Positions 9,978 to 20,389 of a stretch of DNA of 64,000 nucleotides are shown here, one piece after another. Source of the DNA: a bacterium (GTDB lineage: Bacteria > UBA8248); the NCBI GenBank assembly GCA_965204535.1, contig CBDBEV010000001.1, positions 2,464,001 through 2,528,000 of the forward strand. Direction: 5' to 3'. Position 1 is the stretch's first letter; each line of letters opens with the position of its first letter. Under the pieces are notes generated by a model. It saw only the letters and a list, made by a program, of their open reading frames with translations. It did not search any database and had not been told where the DNA came from. The translations under genes and the position numbers were made by a program.

Positions 9978-12332
9978 TCATCCCGGCGCCGTGAGGGCGC
10001 GCCTGCGCTCCGTGCTCATCGACCAGGGCAGCCACGCGGAGAGGTCCCCGGGCGCCCGGCCGCCGTTCTCCGCGCAGGCCGTGAGCCATGCCTCCAGCCA
10101 GCGGAGCGGGTCGACCCCGTTCGACGCGAGGGTTCCGAGGACCGAGTACATCATCGCCGTAAACCTGGCGCCGGCCTCGCTGTCGGAGCCGAACGAGAGC
10201 CGCCTGCCGATCACAGGGCCCCGAAGCGCACGTTCGCTGGCGTTGTTATCCATCGGCACCGAGGGGCGTTCGATGAAGACGCTCAGCCCCTCGCGGTGGT
10301 TCAGCAGCGAGCGAAGCGCCTTGCCCTCGCGCGCCTGCGCGGGCAGAGCGGCCATCTCCCGTCGGGCCTGCGCGAACAGGTCCTTGAGCGCCTTCTTCAA
10401 TTCGTCGTGCGCCGCGTCGAACGCCGCATCCTGGCGTTCGACGCCCGGGTCGTAACTGGCCAGGCGCGCCTCGTTCAGGCGGTAAAGCAAGGCAATCCGC
10501 TCGATCCATCTCTCGCACCACGGCGTCAGCCGCTCATCGCCGGCGGCGCAGTGGATATAATCGCGCCGGACGTGACTCCAGCACCATGCGAGAGTCACCA
10601 GACCCCCGGGAATGCGCGCCAGCTTCTTGTAGGCGCTGTAGCGGTCGCAGACGATGACCGTATGGGAGCCGGCCGCGCCGAACAGCTTCATCGCGACCTC
10701 AGCACTCCGCGAGGGGTCGACGTGGAAGTAGACGGAGTCTGCGCTGACCGAGGTCCACAGCCAGGCGCGGCTCGAGCGTCCTTGTTCGCGAAGCGACTGA
10801 ACGCGCCACGTCGTCTCGTCCCCGTGACGCACCGCCGCTTCGTTCTGGCGGTCGAGGATCGCCGCAGCCAGCGGCTCGAAGAGCGGCGTGAAGCGGTGCG
10901 TGCTGTCGCCCAGTGTGCCTGCAGAGACCGGAAGCCCCTGGTCGGAGAGCCACGCGGCGACCCGGCGCAGCGGGCGGAAGCAGGCGTAGCGCTCGAACAG
11001 GAAGCGCGCCCACACGCTCGTCCCGTAAGGCGTGCCCGCGAACAGGCGCGGCGCGGCGGGCGCCGACACTTCCACCGGAGACGACGCGCACGCGCATCTC
11101 CTGCGCCATCTCGGACGGCGGATGACGCGCTTGTGGGCCGAGACTTCGATCTCGAAGATGGAGGAGACCTCGGCGCCATTGGCCACGTAGGGCTTCCCGC
11201 AACCGGCGCAGACGCGCGCACCGGCCGGCGGGTTGCGAACTTCGGTCCTCTCATCGAGCGCGGGCCGCGGGGTGCGGCCATGACCGGCGGCGCCGGGTTG
11301 CCGGCCGCGCCTGCGCTCCGAGCGCGGCCTCTCCTGCCGTTCGCTCTTGCGCCCGAACAGTCTTCTCGCCAGCACCGCTCCGGTGGCGCGAAGCTTCGCG
11401 AGATCGGCCTCCAGCCGCGCCCGGATGGTCTCTGACTTGCGGAGCGCCCTGCGAAGACGCCCGTTCTCCCTCGACAGCGACCTGAGCGCCGTCTTCTGGC
11501 GCCGCGACCTCCCCAGGGCCTTGCGCAGTTCCTCATCTGCACGAGACGGCGACTTCGAGCGCGCCGCCTCGAGAGCGCGCAGCAACCGCGCCTTCAGCCG
11601 TTCGGTCGCAATGCCTACGGCCCCCAGGGAGACTTCAAGACGGTAGACCTCCGCAGACAGCGACTCGACCACCTCCGCCTGGTCGCGCAATCGCCTCAAC
11701 TTCCTGTAGAGCCCGATGGCCTCCTCGTCCAGGCTCCGAATGGTCTCCTTGTCGGTCGCCGACTTCTGCTTCTCCAGGGCCAGACGATCTTCGAGCCGGG
11801 CAACTTCCTTCTCCCGCCGGCCGACCTCCTTGCGCAGGGCATGAATCGTCTCCTTGCGCTCCTCCAGGGCCTTGCGCAGCCGCCCCGCCTCCCCCGGCGA
11901 CGGCACGCCCGAGAGCTCCTTGCGAAGCCGGACGACCTCCATGCGCAGCGACATGAGCGGGCTGCGCTTGCGCGGATCGACCCCCGCCTCCGCAAGCAGC
12001 TTCTCCAGCCGCGCCACTTCCGCCTTGAGCGACAGCGCGTCCTTCGCCGCGCGGCGGGCTTCCTTCGCCTCCCCGGCGGCCGCCTCGAGCTTCTTCCGGC
12101 TGGCGTCGAGATGCCGCTTCAGCTTGCCCGCACGGGAGCGGGAATCCACTTCCGCCCAACGCAACTCCTCGCAGCGCGCCTCCGCCGCCTCCGCGCGCGC
12201 ACGCTCGCGCTCGTACAGCGAACGCCAGTACGCCTCTGCGGTTGTGGACAACCCGGGGGAATGAGGCCATGGCTCATCCGGCCTCTCGGCCAACGCCAAC
12301 TCCGTCTCGACAGCTTCTGCGCGAATCTTCAT
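9978..12332 (-). CDS. IS66-family transposase (TnpC) with a long N-terminal coiled coil
   Basis: LFGRKSE, CAGCG, HGDETTW, CDRYSAY, CWSHVRR, DNNASERALR; about 310 aa of charged helical N-terminus. Confidence 0.92.
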   Translation of the reverse strand: MKIRAEAVETELALAERPDEPWPHSPGLSTTAEAYWRSLYERERARAEAAEARCEELRWAEVDSRSRAGKLKRHLDASRKKLEAAAGEAKEARRAAKDALSLKAEVARLEKLLAEAGVDPRKRSPLMSLRMEVVRLRKELSGVPSPGEAGRLRKALEERKETIHALRKEVGRREKEVARLEDRLALEKQKSATDKETIRSLDEEAIGLYRKLRRLRDQAEVVESLSAEVYRLEVSLGAVGIATERLKARLLRALEAARSKSPSRADEELRKALGRSRRQKTALRSLSRENGRLRRALRKSETIRARLEADLAKLRATGAVLARRLFGRKSERQERPRSERRRGRQPGAAGHGRTPRPALDERTEVRNPPAGARVCAGCGKPYVANGAEVSSIFEIEVSAHKRVIRRPRWRRRCACASSPVEVSAPAAPRLFAGTPYGTSVWARFLFERYACFRPLRRVAAWLSDQGLPVSAGTLGDSTHRFTPLFEPLAAAILDRQNEAAVRHGDETTWRVQSLREQGRSSRAWLWTSVSADSVYFHVDPSRSAEVAMKLFGAAGSHTVIVCDRYSAYKKLARIPGGLVTLAWCWSHVRRDYIHCAAGDERLTPWCERWIERIALLYRLNEARLASYDPGVERQDAAFDAAHDELKKALKDLFAQARREMAALPAQAREGKALRSLLNHREGLSVFIERPSVPMDNNASERALRGPVIGRRLSFGSDSEAGARFTAMMYSVLGTLASNGVDPLRWLEAWLTACAENGGRAPGDLSAWLPWSMSTERRRALTAPG

Positions 12333-12782
12333 GCCGACATCATTAGCACATGTCGAATCGCGTTACCAGTCGCCCGGGAAAATTCTATCCGATGGAGGCG
12401 ATGCGCCCGGCGCCGGGTCCATCACGGCCCGCCCGAACGCTTACGGCGAGTTGGTGGGGGGACATGCCACAGAGTAAATCTCCCTCCACCGATTCGGTTT
12501 CGGGTTTTCACCCTCACCTCATCGACTCCCCCTCAAGGGGGGAGTTGATTGCATATCTCGCGCGTGAAGGAATGCCCCTCAAGGGGGGAGTGATTTTGGT
12601 GTTCTCATTTGTGTAAAGCGACTTCGTAGGGGCCGCATACCGGCTTTTTCAACAGCCCCTTTTGGGGTTGTTGAAAGAGCCGGTTTCGGGCACGGCGGTA
12701 TGGGAGTTCGCGTAGGGGGGAGTAGTTCTTCTTCTTTAATCGGTTGCCGATGACTCTCAAGGGGGCGCCGGTTTCTTTTACT

Positions 12783-13202
12783 TCAGCTCTCCGCCAGCTT
12801 TTTCAGGTTCGCCAGTTCCACGATGTTCTCTTCCGTCCCGCCCCGGTGAAGGGTCTGGTCCTCGTAAGCCTCGTTGTCCACGGTGTGCATCACGTGGGTG
12901 AGGTCGCCCACCTGCTCGAAGCGGTAGGTGATGACCTGCGCGGGCTTATCGCTCCCGCCGACGTAGTTCTCCCAGACGATCTTGGAATGAGGCTCCCAGA
13001 CGGTGATCACCGAGTCGCACTCGGACCTGTCGTGAAAGGTCTGGTGAAAGCGCGTTCCCGCCCCCTGGTGGCCTCCGGGAGAGGTGATCGTCACCGCCTT
13101 GGAGAACGGCGCGATTTGGGGATGCGTCTCCACATTCCCGACGAACTCGAAAACCTTATCGACGGGAGCGCGGACTTGTTCGAGGACGACGACTGGCGGC
13201 AT
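12783..13202 (-). CDS. SRPBCC (polyketide cyclase/START-like) protein
   Basis: VRAPVDKVFEFVGNVETHP...ITVWEP; GGAGG RBS before ATG 13202. The longer ORF-track extension is antisense-frame noise. Confidence 0.8.
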   Translation of the reverse strand: MPPVVVLEQVRAPVDKVFEFVGNVETHPQIAPFSKAVTITSPGGHQGAGTRFHQTFHDRSECDSVITVWEPHSKIVWENYVGGSDKPAQVITYRFEQVGDLTHVMHTVDNEAYEDQTLHRGGTEENIVELANLKKLAES

Positions 13203-13258
13203 CGGTTCTTTCCTCCATGTGCTGACCGGCCCGCGTTTTAGACGGGCCGGAGAGTCGT

Positions 13259-14170
13259 TTAACCGGGAATGACGGTTTCCTGCCCCATCCGGCTCGTGGG
13301 CCGCCAGCGCAGGGCGCGCCCTTCGGCCCAGTTCAATATCTGGTTCACCAGGATGACCAGGAACATGAGCAGGAAGATGATCAGGATGAGGCCCGTGGTG
13401 TAGTACTCGTTGTTGTAGCGCTGGAGCAGGTAGCCGAGTCCCTTGTCGGCGATGATGTATTCGCCGACAATCGCGCCCACCATGCCGAAGGGGATGCTGA
13501 TCTTGAGACCGTTGAATATCCACGGCGAGGCGGAGGGAATCACGATCTTGCGCAGAATGGCGAGCTTGCTCCCGCCCAGAACGCGCGAGACGTTGATGAG
13601 GTCCCGGCTCACGCCTCGGATGCCCGCGAACGTGCTCACGAAAGTCAGGAAGAACACGATGGTCATCACCAGGATGATCTTGGGCTGCCGCTCGATGCCG
13701 AACCACGCGATGAACAAGGGCGCGTACGCGATGCGCGGCACCCCGTTGAAAGCCATGATGAACGGCTCGATGACCAGGGCCACGACATCGATTTCCGCCA
13801 GCAGGAAGCCGAAGAGAATCCCGGCGAGGGCACCGAAGACATAGCCCCAGAAGGTGTTCTCCACCGTGTAGAAGAAGTGCACCCACAAGGAGCCGTCCGG
13901 ATTGGCCGGGTCCGCTATCTCGAAAAACGACGCCACGAGCAGGCTCGGGCTGGAGATGGTCCGGTGGTCGATGAGACGCCCCGAAACGGCTTCCCACAAT
14001 ACGATCATGATCACGCCGAACAGAACGCGCAGCGCCGCCACGCGCACCCAGCGGAGCTCCTCGGCGTTCCTCACCCGCCACCACAGCAGGCGCGCTCCTG
14101 TGACTTCTGGAGGAAGGAGGAGGTCCAGTTCCTCAGGAGGCGTGGATTTCACTTCGTCGGTCTGCGCCAT
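13259..14170 (-). CDS. NitT/TauT-family ABC transporter permease
   Basis: PRIAYAPLFIAWFG, EAA-like loop, VGAIVGEYI...GLGY. Confidence 0.9.
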   Translation of the reverse strand: MAQTDEVKSTPPEELDLLLPPEVTGARLLWWRVRNAEELRWVRVAALRVLFGVIMIVLWEAVSGRLIDHRTISSPSLLVASFFEIADPANPDGSLWVHFFYTVENTFWGYVFGALAGILFGFLLAEIDVVALVIEPFIMAFNGVPRIAYAPLFIAWFGIERQPKIILVMTIVFFLTFVSTFAGIRGVSRDLINVSRVLGGSKLAILRKIVIPSASPWIFNGLKISIPFGMVGAIVGEYIIADKGLGYLLQRYNNEYYTTGLILIIFLLMFLVILVNQILNWAEGRALRWRPTSRMGQETVIPG

Positions 14171-14949
14171 TACATCACCTTCGCCACTTCGTCTCTGAGC
14201 TCTTCCCAGAGCTTGTCGTAGATCTCGCGGTAGGCCTGCGAGTCATGGATGTGGTAGACGTCGCGCGGTCTCGGGATCGTCACGGGGGTGACGCTCTTGA
14301 TGGTCCCGGGCCGGCCCGTCATCACCACCACCCGGTCGGCCAGCGTGATGGCTTCGGCCAGATCGTGCGTGATGAAGACGATGGTCTTGCGCTCCTCGCG
14401 CCAGAGTTCGAGCAACTGGTTCTGGAGCGTGAGGCGGGTCTGGGCGTCCAGGGGGCCGAAGGGTTCATCCATCAGGATGACGCGGGGGTCGCATATCAGG
14501 GTGCGGATGATGTTCACGCGCTGGCGCATTCCCCCCGACAACTCGTGCGGGTAGTGGTTCTCGAAGCCCGAGAGCCCCACCTTGTCGATCAGGGTCTGCA
14601 CGCGCTCTGAGACGCCGTTCGAGATGGACACCCCGCGGAACTCCAGAGGCAGCAGCACGTTCTTGCGCAGGGTCCGCCAGGGCAGCAGGTTGTCCTGCTG
14701 GGTCACGTAGCCGATCTCGGGGTTCAACCCGCGGGTGAGATTTCCCCGGAAATGCACCTCCCCGCTGCTGGGGGGGAAGAGCCCGGCCAGGATGTTCAGC
14801 AGGGTGCTCTTGCCGCACCCGCTCGGCCCCACGATGGTCACGAACTCCCCCTCGCCCACGTCGAGGTTCACGTCGGACATCGCATGGACGATGGTCCCCC
14901 GCGAGAGGAACCGCTTGCCGACCTGCCGGATGGATAAAGACGCCGTCAA
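14170..14949 (-). CDS. NitT/TauT-family ABC transporter ATPase
   Basis: [31 protein letters not shown]. Confidence 0.92.
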   Translation of the reverse strand: MTASLSIRQVGKRFLSRGTIVHAMSDVNLDVGEGEFVTIVGPSGCGKSTLLNILAGLFPPSSGEVHFRGNLTRGLNPEIGYVTQQDNLLPWRTLRKNVLLPLEFRGVSISNGVSERVQTLIDKVGLSGFENHYPHELSGGMRQRVNIIRTLICDPRVILMDEPFGPLDAQTRLTLQNQLLELWREERKTIVFITHDLAEAITLADRVVVMTGRPGTIKSVTPVTIPRPRDVYHIHDSQAYREIYDKLWEELRDEVAKVM

Positions 14950-15080
14950 CGAATCATGCTCCCTAAGCTCCTCCGGCCGGAGCGTTCACGCCCCGGCGGG
15001 GTTGTTGAATAATCCTGCAATGGCGGGATTGCTCCCCACCGAGGAGAATTGCAAAACCACACCATCTTTTAGGTTCTTTT

Positions 15081-15243
15081 CACTCCCCCCTTGAGGGGGA
15101 GTCGAAGAGCTGAGGGCGTAAGCCCGAAAGCGATTCGGTGGGGGGTATAATCCGGAATGGCGATAAAACGCATTTCACCCCCCACCGATTCAGCCTTCGC
15201 ACAAACCGCTCGGCTTCATCGACTCCCCCTCAAGGGGGGAGTG
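15081..15243. repeat. Intact palindromic repeat unit inside MITE-like termini (14998-15009 / 15293-15304)
   Basis: CACTCCCCCCTTGAGGGGGAGTC...GACTCCCCCTCAAGGGGGGAGTG. Confidence 0.75.
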
Positions 15244-15347
15244 TACCTTGTTCTTTCATCGGACGCGTCGAACCTTCATGTTTCAGGACTTCTTCAACAA
15301 CCCCCCTCACAGGAGGGAGGCTGCACAGAATCTAAAGAAAAACCCGC

Positions 15348-16370
15348 TTACTTGAGAAAATCGTCCGTCCACACGTCGCTGCGCTTGACGCTCTTCAGGT
15401 TCTTGAGCTTGCCGCCGCTCTTCATGATGTTGAACGTGGTCTGGACGGCCTCGTCGGTCATCCTGCCGGTCGGGTTGACCGCGCCCTTCACCGTGGCGAC
15501 CGAGATGCGAAGCGCCTCGGGCGTGACGCGCTTGCCGAAAAACGGCGTCATGTCCTTGGTGAGCTGCTCGACGGAGGTCTTCTGGATGTAGTTCTGGGAC
15601 TTCATGACCGCCCGCGCCATCCGCTTCACGAGGCCGGGGCGCTCCTTCATGAGCTTGGGCGTGGCCATGACGGCCGTCATCATGAACTCCTTGATGGCCT
15701 TGTCCTCGCCGGCCGCCCAGTTCACGAACCAGATGCCGAGCCCCTGGGAGAGCATGCGTTCGGGGTGCGGCGTGGAGATCGTGAAGATGTCGATCTTGCG
15801 GTTCTTGAAGGCCGGCAGCATGGTGCCGCCGCCGCCTACGGCGAGGATGCGCACGTCTGCGGGAACCTTGAGGTTTGCGCGGCCCAGCAGGTTGCGGGCG
15901 AGCACGTCGGTCAAAGCGCCCGGCCGCGTCACGCCTATCTTCAAGCCCTTGGCGCGCTTGACCTTCTCCATGAGCGGCATGCCGTCCTTGATGCCCGCCT
16001 TCTTGGCGGCGTCCTTGTGGATGACCATCCCGATGATGTTGCGCCGCAGCAGGTCCACGAAGCCGATGGCCCGCTTGCCCGAGTTGAGCGCGTTCAGCTG
16101 GTAGGTGCCCGGGCTGGCGGTGAACTCGGCCTTGCCCGCCAGGACGGCCGTCAGGTGCGGTCCGCCGCCTGCGGTGGCCTTCACGTCCAGGGTGAGGCCC
16201 TCTTCCTTGAAGAATCCTTTTATCCGTCCCACGTAGATGGGGAAGAAGCTCAGGCTGTCCACCGGCTGGGTGAGAATGACCTTGTCGGCGGCCGGGGCGG
16301 CGCTGGTGAGCGTGAGTGAAAGCGCGAGTGCTGCGATTACCGGCAGAATCCGTATCCATTTACGCCACAT
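15348..16370 (-). CDS. NitT/TauT-family (NMT1/SsuA-like) substrate-binding protein
   Basis: Signal peptide ending APA-A; PIYVG..KGFFKEEGL; KIGVTRPGALT. Confidence 0.88.
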   Translation of the reverse strand: MWRKWIRILPVIAALALSLTLTSAAPAADKVILTQPVDSLSFFPIYVGRIKGFFKEEGLTLDVKATAGGGPHLTAVLAGKAEFTASPGTYQLNALNSGKRAIGFVDLLRRNIIGMVIHKDAAKKAGIKDGMPLMEKVKRAKGLKIGVTRPGALTDVLARNLLGRANLKVPADVRILAVGGGGTMLPAFKNRKIDIFTISTPHPERMLSQGLGIWFVNWAAGEDKAIKEFMMTAVMATPKLMKERPGLVKRMARAVMKSQNYIQKTSVEQLTKDMTPFFGKRVTPEALRISVATVKGAVNPTGRMTDEAVQTTFNIMKSGGKLKNLKSVKRSDVWTDDFLK

Positions 16371-16888
16371 GAAATTGCTCCTTTCAACCAAAGTTAAAGA
16401 TCGGCTCCGGGGACGTTCGCCGCCCCGGAGCGTAGAATGACCACACCGGGTTCGCCCGGTGGTAATTGCATATCCCTAAGCTGACCGTAGATAGCGAAAG
16501 AATCTACATACAATGGGTTGTGCTGTCAATTCTGGAGAGGGAATCAGGGGCGTGCGGGGAGGGGGAGTAAATCCCGAACCGCACATTGCCGGAAAACATA
16601 TGCAATCCCTCCCACCCAACTCCGCCGCATGTTCCACCGGAAAGTCGACCGGGCGCGCGATGAAGCGCAGGCGCGGGGCCGGCTCCGTCCATTTCCAAAC
16701 CATTGTAAATATTTCCGGTTTGCCCTATACGCGCACAATAAAGCACAATAAAGGGATCAAGGCGAAAGAAAGTCTCTCGAACTCGCGCTCCGCACGGGTG
16801 CAGGGCATGCGGCGGCCAACGATGAGCGGTGGGGGAGGATTCTCGATCATGCGGAAATCGGGGTCGCCGGGGCCGGAAAAGGGGAGTC

Positions 16889-18013
16889 ATGGCTGCCGTT
16901 GATCTCATCGACGTGACGAAGCGGTTCGGCCGGGTCACCGTCATCACCGATCTGAACCTGCAGATCGAAGAAGGCGAATTCGTTGTGCTGGTCGGCCCCT
17001 CGGGGTGCGGCAAGTCTACGACGCTTCGCATGATCGCCGGCCTCGAGGAGGTTTCGGCGGGCCGGATCATGATCGCCGGAAAAGACGTCACCCATGCGCC
17101 TCCCAAGGCCCGCGACATCACCATGGTTTTCCAGTCTTACGCGCTCTATCCGCACATGGACGTGGCGGGCAACATGTCGTTCTCGCTTCGCCTCGCCAAG
17201 TTCCCGAAGGCGGAGATCGCCGCGCGAGTGGCGCGCGCCGCGGAAATGCTCGGTCTCTCCGAACTGCTGCACCGCCAGCCGCGGGAGCTTTCGGGCGGAC
17301 AGCGCCAGCGGGTCGCCATGGGCCGCGCCATCGTGCGCGACGCTTATTGCTTCCTGTTCGACGAGCCCCTCTCGAACCTCGACGCCAAGCTCCGCGCCCA
17401 GATGCGCACCGAACTCGCGCTGCTGCACAAGCAACTCGACCGCACCATGATCTACGTGACCCATGACCAGATAGAAGCGATGACCATGGCCGACCGCATC
17501 GTGGTCATGGACGAGGGAGTCATTCAGCAGATCGGCACGCCGCCGGAGGTCTACAACCATCCGGTCAACCGGTTCGTCGCCGGCTTCATCGGCTCGCCGG
17601 CCATGAACATGCTGGGCGGAGAGATCAAAGGCGATGGCTCGGAATACGTCATCGTCGGAGACGGCTTCGAACTGCCGGTTCCCAGGGCCTTTCACGAGAG
17701 CCTGGAGGGTGCCGCCTCCCGGAAAGTCGTCGCGGGCCTGCGCCCTGAGCATTTCTCCTCGACGGACGCGAGGTACTCGGGCGGCGCTACGGCTCCGGTG
17801 GGGCTCACGGTCGACGTCGCCGAGTATGTCGGCTCCAACCAGTTTCTCGCGGCGCGCATCGGCGAGCAACGGATTTCCGTCTCCGTGGAAGCCGGCCCCG
17901 AACACGGACGGATGGAGTCGGGCACCTACTATTTCGAAACGGAGAGGCTTTACCTGTTCGACAAGGAAACCGGTCTCGCGCTCAAGCCCGCCGCTCGGGC
18001 CGGGACGCTCTAA
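16889..18013 (+). CDS. Carbohydrate-type ABC ATPase (MalK/UgpC-like)
   Basis: [48 protein letters not shown]. Confidence 0.93.
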   Translation: MAAVDLIDVTKRFGRVTVITDLNLQIEEGEFVVLVGPSGCGKSTTLRMIAGLEEVSAGRIMIAGKDVTHAPPKARDITMVFQSYALYPHMDVAGNMSFSLRLAKFPKAEIAARVARAAEMLGLSELLHRQPRELSGGQRQRVAMGRAIVRDAYCFLFDEPLSNLDAKLRAQMRTELALLHKQLDRTMIYVTHDQIEAMTMADRIVVMDEGVIQQIGTPPEVYNHPVNRFVAGFIGSPAMNMLGGEIKGDGSEYVIVGDGFELPVPRAFHESLEGAASRKVVAGLRPEHFSSTDARYSGGATAPVGLTVDVAEYVGSNQFLAARIGEQRISVSVEAGPEHGRMESGTYYFETERLYLFDKETGLALKPAARAGTL

Positions 18014-18038
18014 TAACTAACCTGATAAGGAGGAAATC

Positions 18039-19394
18039 ATGAAATCGAAATGCAGAAACCTGGGGGTGGCCGTGCTCGTGGCGGCCCTGGCCCTGACGTT
18101 CAGCGCCACGACGCTGCTGGCCAATCCCTACGAGAAGTACAAGGGCAAGACGCTGGTGGTCAGCTGGCCCTCGAATTCGCACTTCAAGAAGGCCAAGCAA
18201 CTGGTCGCCGAGTTCACCAAGGAGACGGGTATCAAGGTCGAGATCGACTACTCCCAGTACCTCAAGATGCGGAATCGCCAGCTTCTGGAGATGAGCAAGA
18301 AAGACGGCGACTTCGATGTCGTCGCCTGGGTGGTGATGTGGAAGGGCGAGTATGTGGCGAAGGGCCTGCTGACGCCCCTCTCGCAGTTCTTCACCAGCCC
18401 CGCGTTCGTCGACCCGAACTACGATATTGAGGACATCGCCGACGCCTACATCCAGAACGGCGGCATCGTCGGTGGCAAGAAGGGCTATCTGCCCGGCAAG
18501 TCGGGCGCGCTCTACGGTCTGCCGTTCGGTGCCGAGACCTCGATCCTGGCCTATCGCAAGGACGTGTTCAAGAAGCTGGATCTCGCCGTGCCGAAGACCT
18601 ACGACGACGTCCGCAAGGCGGCGAAGACCATCAAGGAGAAGACGGGAATGGGCGGCCTCACCATGCGCGGCAAGACCGGGCACCAGGTCACGGCCGCCTG
18701 GCTGTTCCATGCCGCGCCCATGGGCGCCCGCGTCTTCGACGACAAGTGGCAGCCCGTCTTCAACAGCCCCGCCGGCGTGAAGACCGCGGAGTTCCTGCGC
18801 GAGACGGTGAAGTACGGCCCCCGCGGCATTCCCTCCTACAGCTACGGCGAAGCGTCCAAAGCGTTCCTCCACGGCGATGCCGCCATGTACATCGACTCGC
18901 TGAAGATCGCCGCCAGGGCGCGCGACCCGAAGCAATCGAAGGTCGTCGGCAAGGTCGGCTACGCGCTGCACCCGACCGACGTCCAATGCGGCTCCGAGAC
19001 GGGCGGTTTCGCCATGGGCATACCGGCCAACTCGAAGAACAAGGAGGCGGCGTTCCTGTTCATCCAGTGGATGACCTCGAAGAGGGCCGACCGGCGGATC
19101 GTCGAGCTCGGCGGCGACCCGATCCGCATTTCCACGCTCACCGATCCGGTGTTCTCCAAGAAGTTCCCGGAGTACCCGGTGATTGCGGAACAGCTCAAAT
19201 GCGCCGACCCGGACTGGCGGCCGCTGATCCCCGAGTGGAACGAGTTGAACATCAAGGTGCTCGGCATCGCGCTGCACCAGGTCCTGACCTCCGACAAGCC
19301 CATCAAGCCGATTCTGGACAAGGCGGCGGAGCAGGCGCGCGCCGTCATGAAACGCGAGGGCTACTATCAGTGGCAGTCGATATCTTCCAAGTAG
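18039..19394 (+). CDS. Carbohydrate-type ABC substrate-binding protein
   Basis: Signal peptide; LYGLPF...LAYRKD...VPKTYDD; AGGAGG RBS. Confidence 0.9.
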   Translation: MKSKCRNLGVAVLVAALALTFSATTLLANPYEKYKGKTLVVSWPSNSHFKKAKQLVAEFTKETGIKVEIDYSQYLKMRNRQLLEMSKKDGDFDVVAWVVMWKGEYVAKGLLTPLSQFFTSPAFVDPNYDIEDIADAYIQNGGIVGGKKGYLPGKSGALYGLPFGAETSILAYRKDVFKKLDLAVPKTYDDVRKAAKTIKEKTGMGGLTMRGKTGHQVTAAWLFHAAPMGARVFDDKWQPVFNSPAGVKTAEFLRETVKYGPRGIPSYSYGEASKAFLHGDAAMYIDSLKIAARARDPKQSKVVGKVGYALHPTDVQCGSETGGFAMGIPANSKNKEAAFLFIQWMTSKRADRRIVELGGDPIRISTLTDPVFSKKFPEYPVIAEQLKCADPDWRPLIPEWNELNIKVLGIALHQVLTSDKPIKPILDKAAEQARAVMKREGYYQWQSISSK

Positions 19395-19410
19395 CCGAAA
19401 CCCCTGAACC

Positions 19411-19439
19411 CGCCTCCCCCGGCTCCACCGGGGGAGGCG
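19411..19439 (+). terminator. GC-rich hairpin between the SBP and permease genes (mRNA stabiliser or attenuator)
   Basis: 12-bp stem CGCCTCCCCCGG / CCGGGGGAGGCG with a 5-nt loop. Confidence 0.55.
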
Positions 19440-19476
19440 CTTCGCCCGCAGGCAGCCGCCTCCCGGAACGTTCACC

Positions 19477-20388
19477 ATGAGCGACCCGTCCGCTCCGGTC
19501 GCAACGGGCATGCGGCGGTGGATCGTCGGGTACCTGTTCGTCGCGCCCGCCGTCCTGCTCATGGGCGCGGGCCTCATCTACCCGGTCGCCCAGGGGCTGA
19601 TGCTCAGCATGCAGGACTGGGCGGTCGGCACGCCGATGTCCACGGCGGAGTTCATCGGCGCGGACAACTACCTGCGCATGCTCCGCGACGAAAATGTCCA
19701 GGAATCCATGTGGGTGACGTTCAAGTTCGGCTTCTTCACGATCACCATCGAGATGACGCTGGGGGTCGCGCTGGCCTTGCTGCTCGAGAAACCGATTCGC
19801 GGCGCCTCCATCTTCAGGACGATCTTCATCATGCCGCTGATGATTTCGCCAGTGGTGGTCGGATTGGTATGGCGCTACCTCTACGACGCACGTGCGGGTT
19901 GGATCAACCATTACCTGGAGCTGGCCGGCTTCGAGCCGCTGATCTGGCTGGGGGAGCCGCACCTCGCGTTTTTCGCCATCGTGTTCACGGATATCTGGCA
20001 GTGGACGCCGTTCGTCTTCATCATCGTGATCGCAGGCCTCCAGGCGCTGCCCTCCGAAGTCCTCGAAGCGTCGCGCATCGACGGCGCCAATACGTGGCAG
20101 CAGATCTTCCTCGTGAAGCTGCCGATGATCCGCTCGATCCTGATCATCGCCCTCCTGCTCCGTATCATCGACGTCTTCAAGGGACTGGAGGTCATGCTGA
20201 TCATGACCGAAGGCGGGCCGGGACTGGCGACGGAACTGCTGTCGCTGCACGTCTACAAGACCGCCTTCGACGCCCAGCAACTCGGCTATGCGGCGGCCAT
20301 CTCCGTCCTGCTGCTGCTGATCGTCTTCGCGCTCAGCCTGGCGATCCTGCTGATCAGCAATCCCATGAAATCCCGCGCCGACGTGTGA
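19477..20388 (+). CDS. Carbohydrate ABC permease (MalF-like)
   Basis: DIWQWTPF...AGLQALP...EASRIDGA. Confidence 0.92.
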   Translation: MSDPSAPVATGMRRWIVGYLFVAPAVLLMGAGLIYPVAQGLMLSMQDWAVGTPMSTAEFIGADNYLRMLRDENVQESMWVTFKFGFFTITIEMTLGVALALLLEKPIRGASIFRTIFIMPLMISPVVVGLVWRYLYDARAGWINHYLELAGFEPLIWLGEPHLAFFAIVFTDIWQWTPFVFIIVIAGLQALPSEVLEASRIDGANTWQQIFLVKLPMIRSILIIALLLRIIDVFKGLEVMLIMTEGGPGLATELLSLHVYKTAFDAQQLGYAAAISVLLLLIVFALSLAILLISNPMKSRADV

Positions 20389-20389
20389 G

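Larger units (their letters stand above)
9032..12444 (-). mobile_element. IS66-family element (3,413 bp) with a DUF4338 passenger gene
   Basis: Perfect 26-bp TIRs GTAAGCGTTCGGGCGGGCCGTGATGG (9032-9057 / 12419-12444); 8-bp TSD GGCGAGTT (9024-9031 / 12445-12452). Confidence 0.93.
8977..12545. repeat. Palindromic repeat unit split by the IS66-type insertion
   Basis: Left half CACTCCCCCCTTGAGGGGGAGTC (8977-8999) and right half GACTCCCCCTCAAGGGGGGAGT (12524-12545) match the ends of the intact copy at 15081-15243. Confidence 0.75.
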
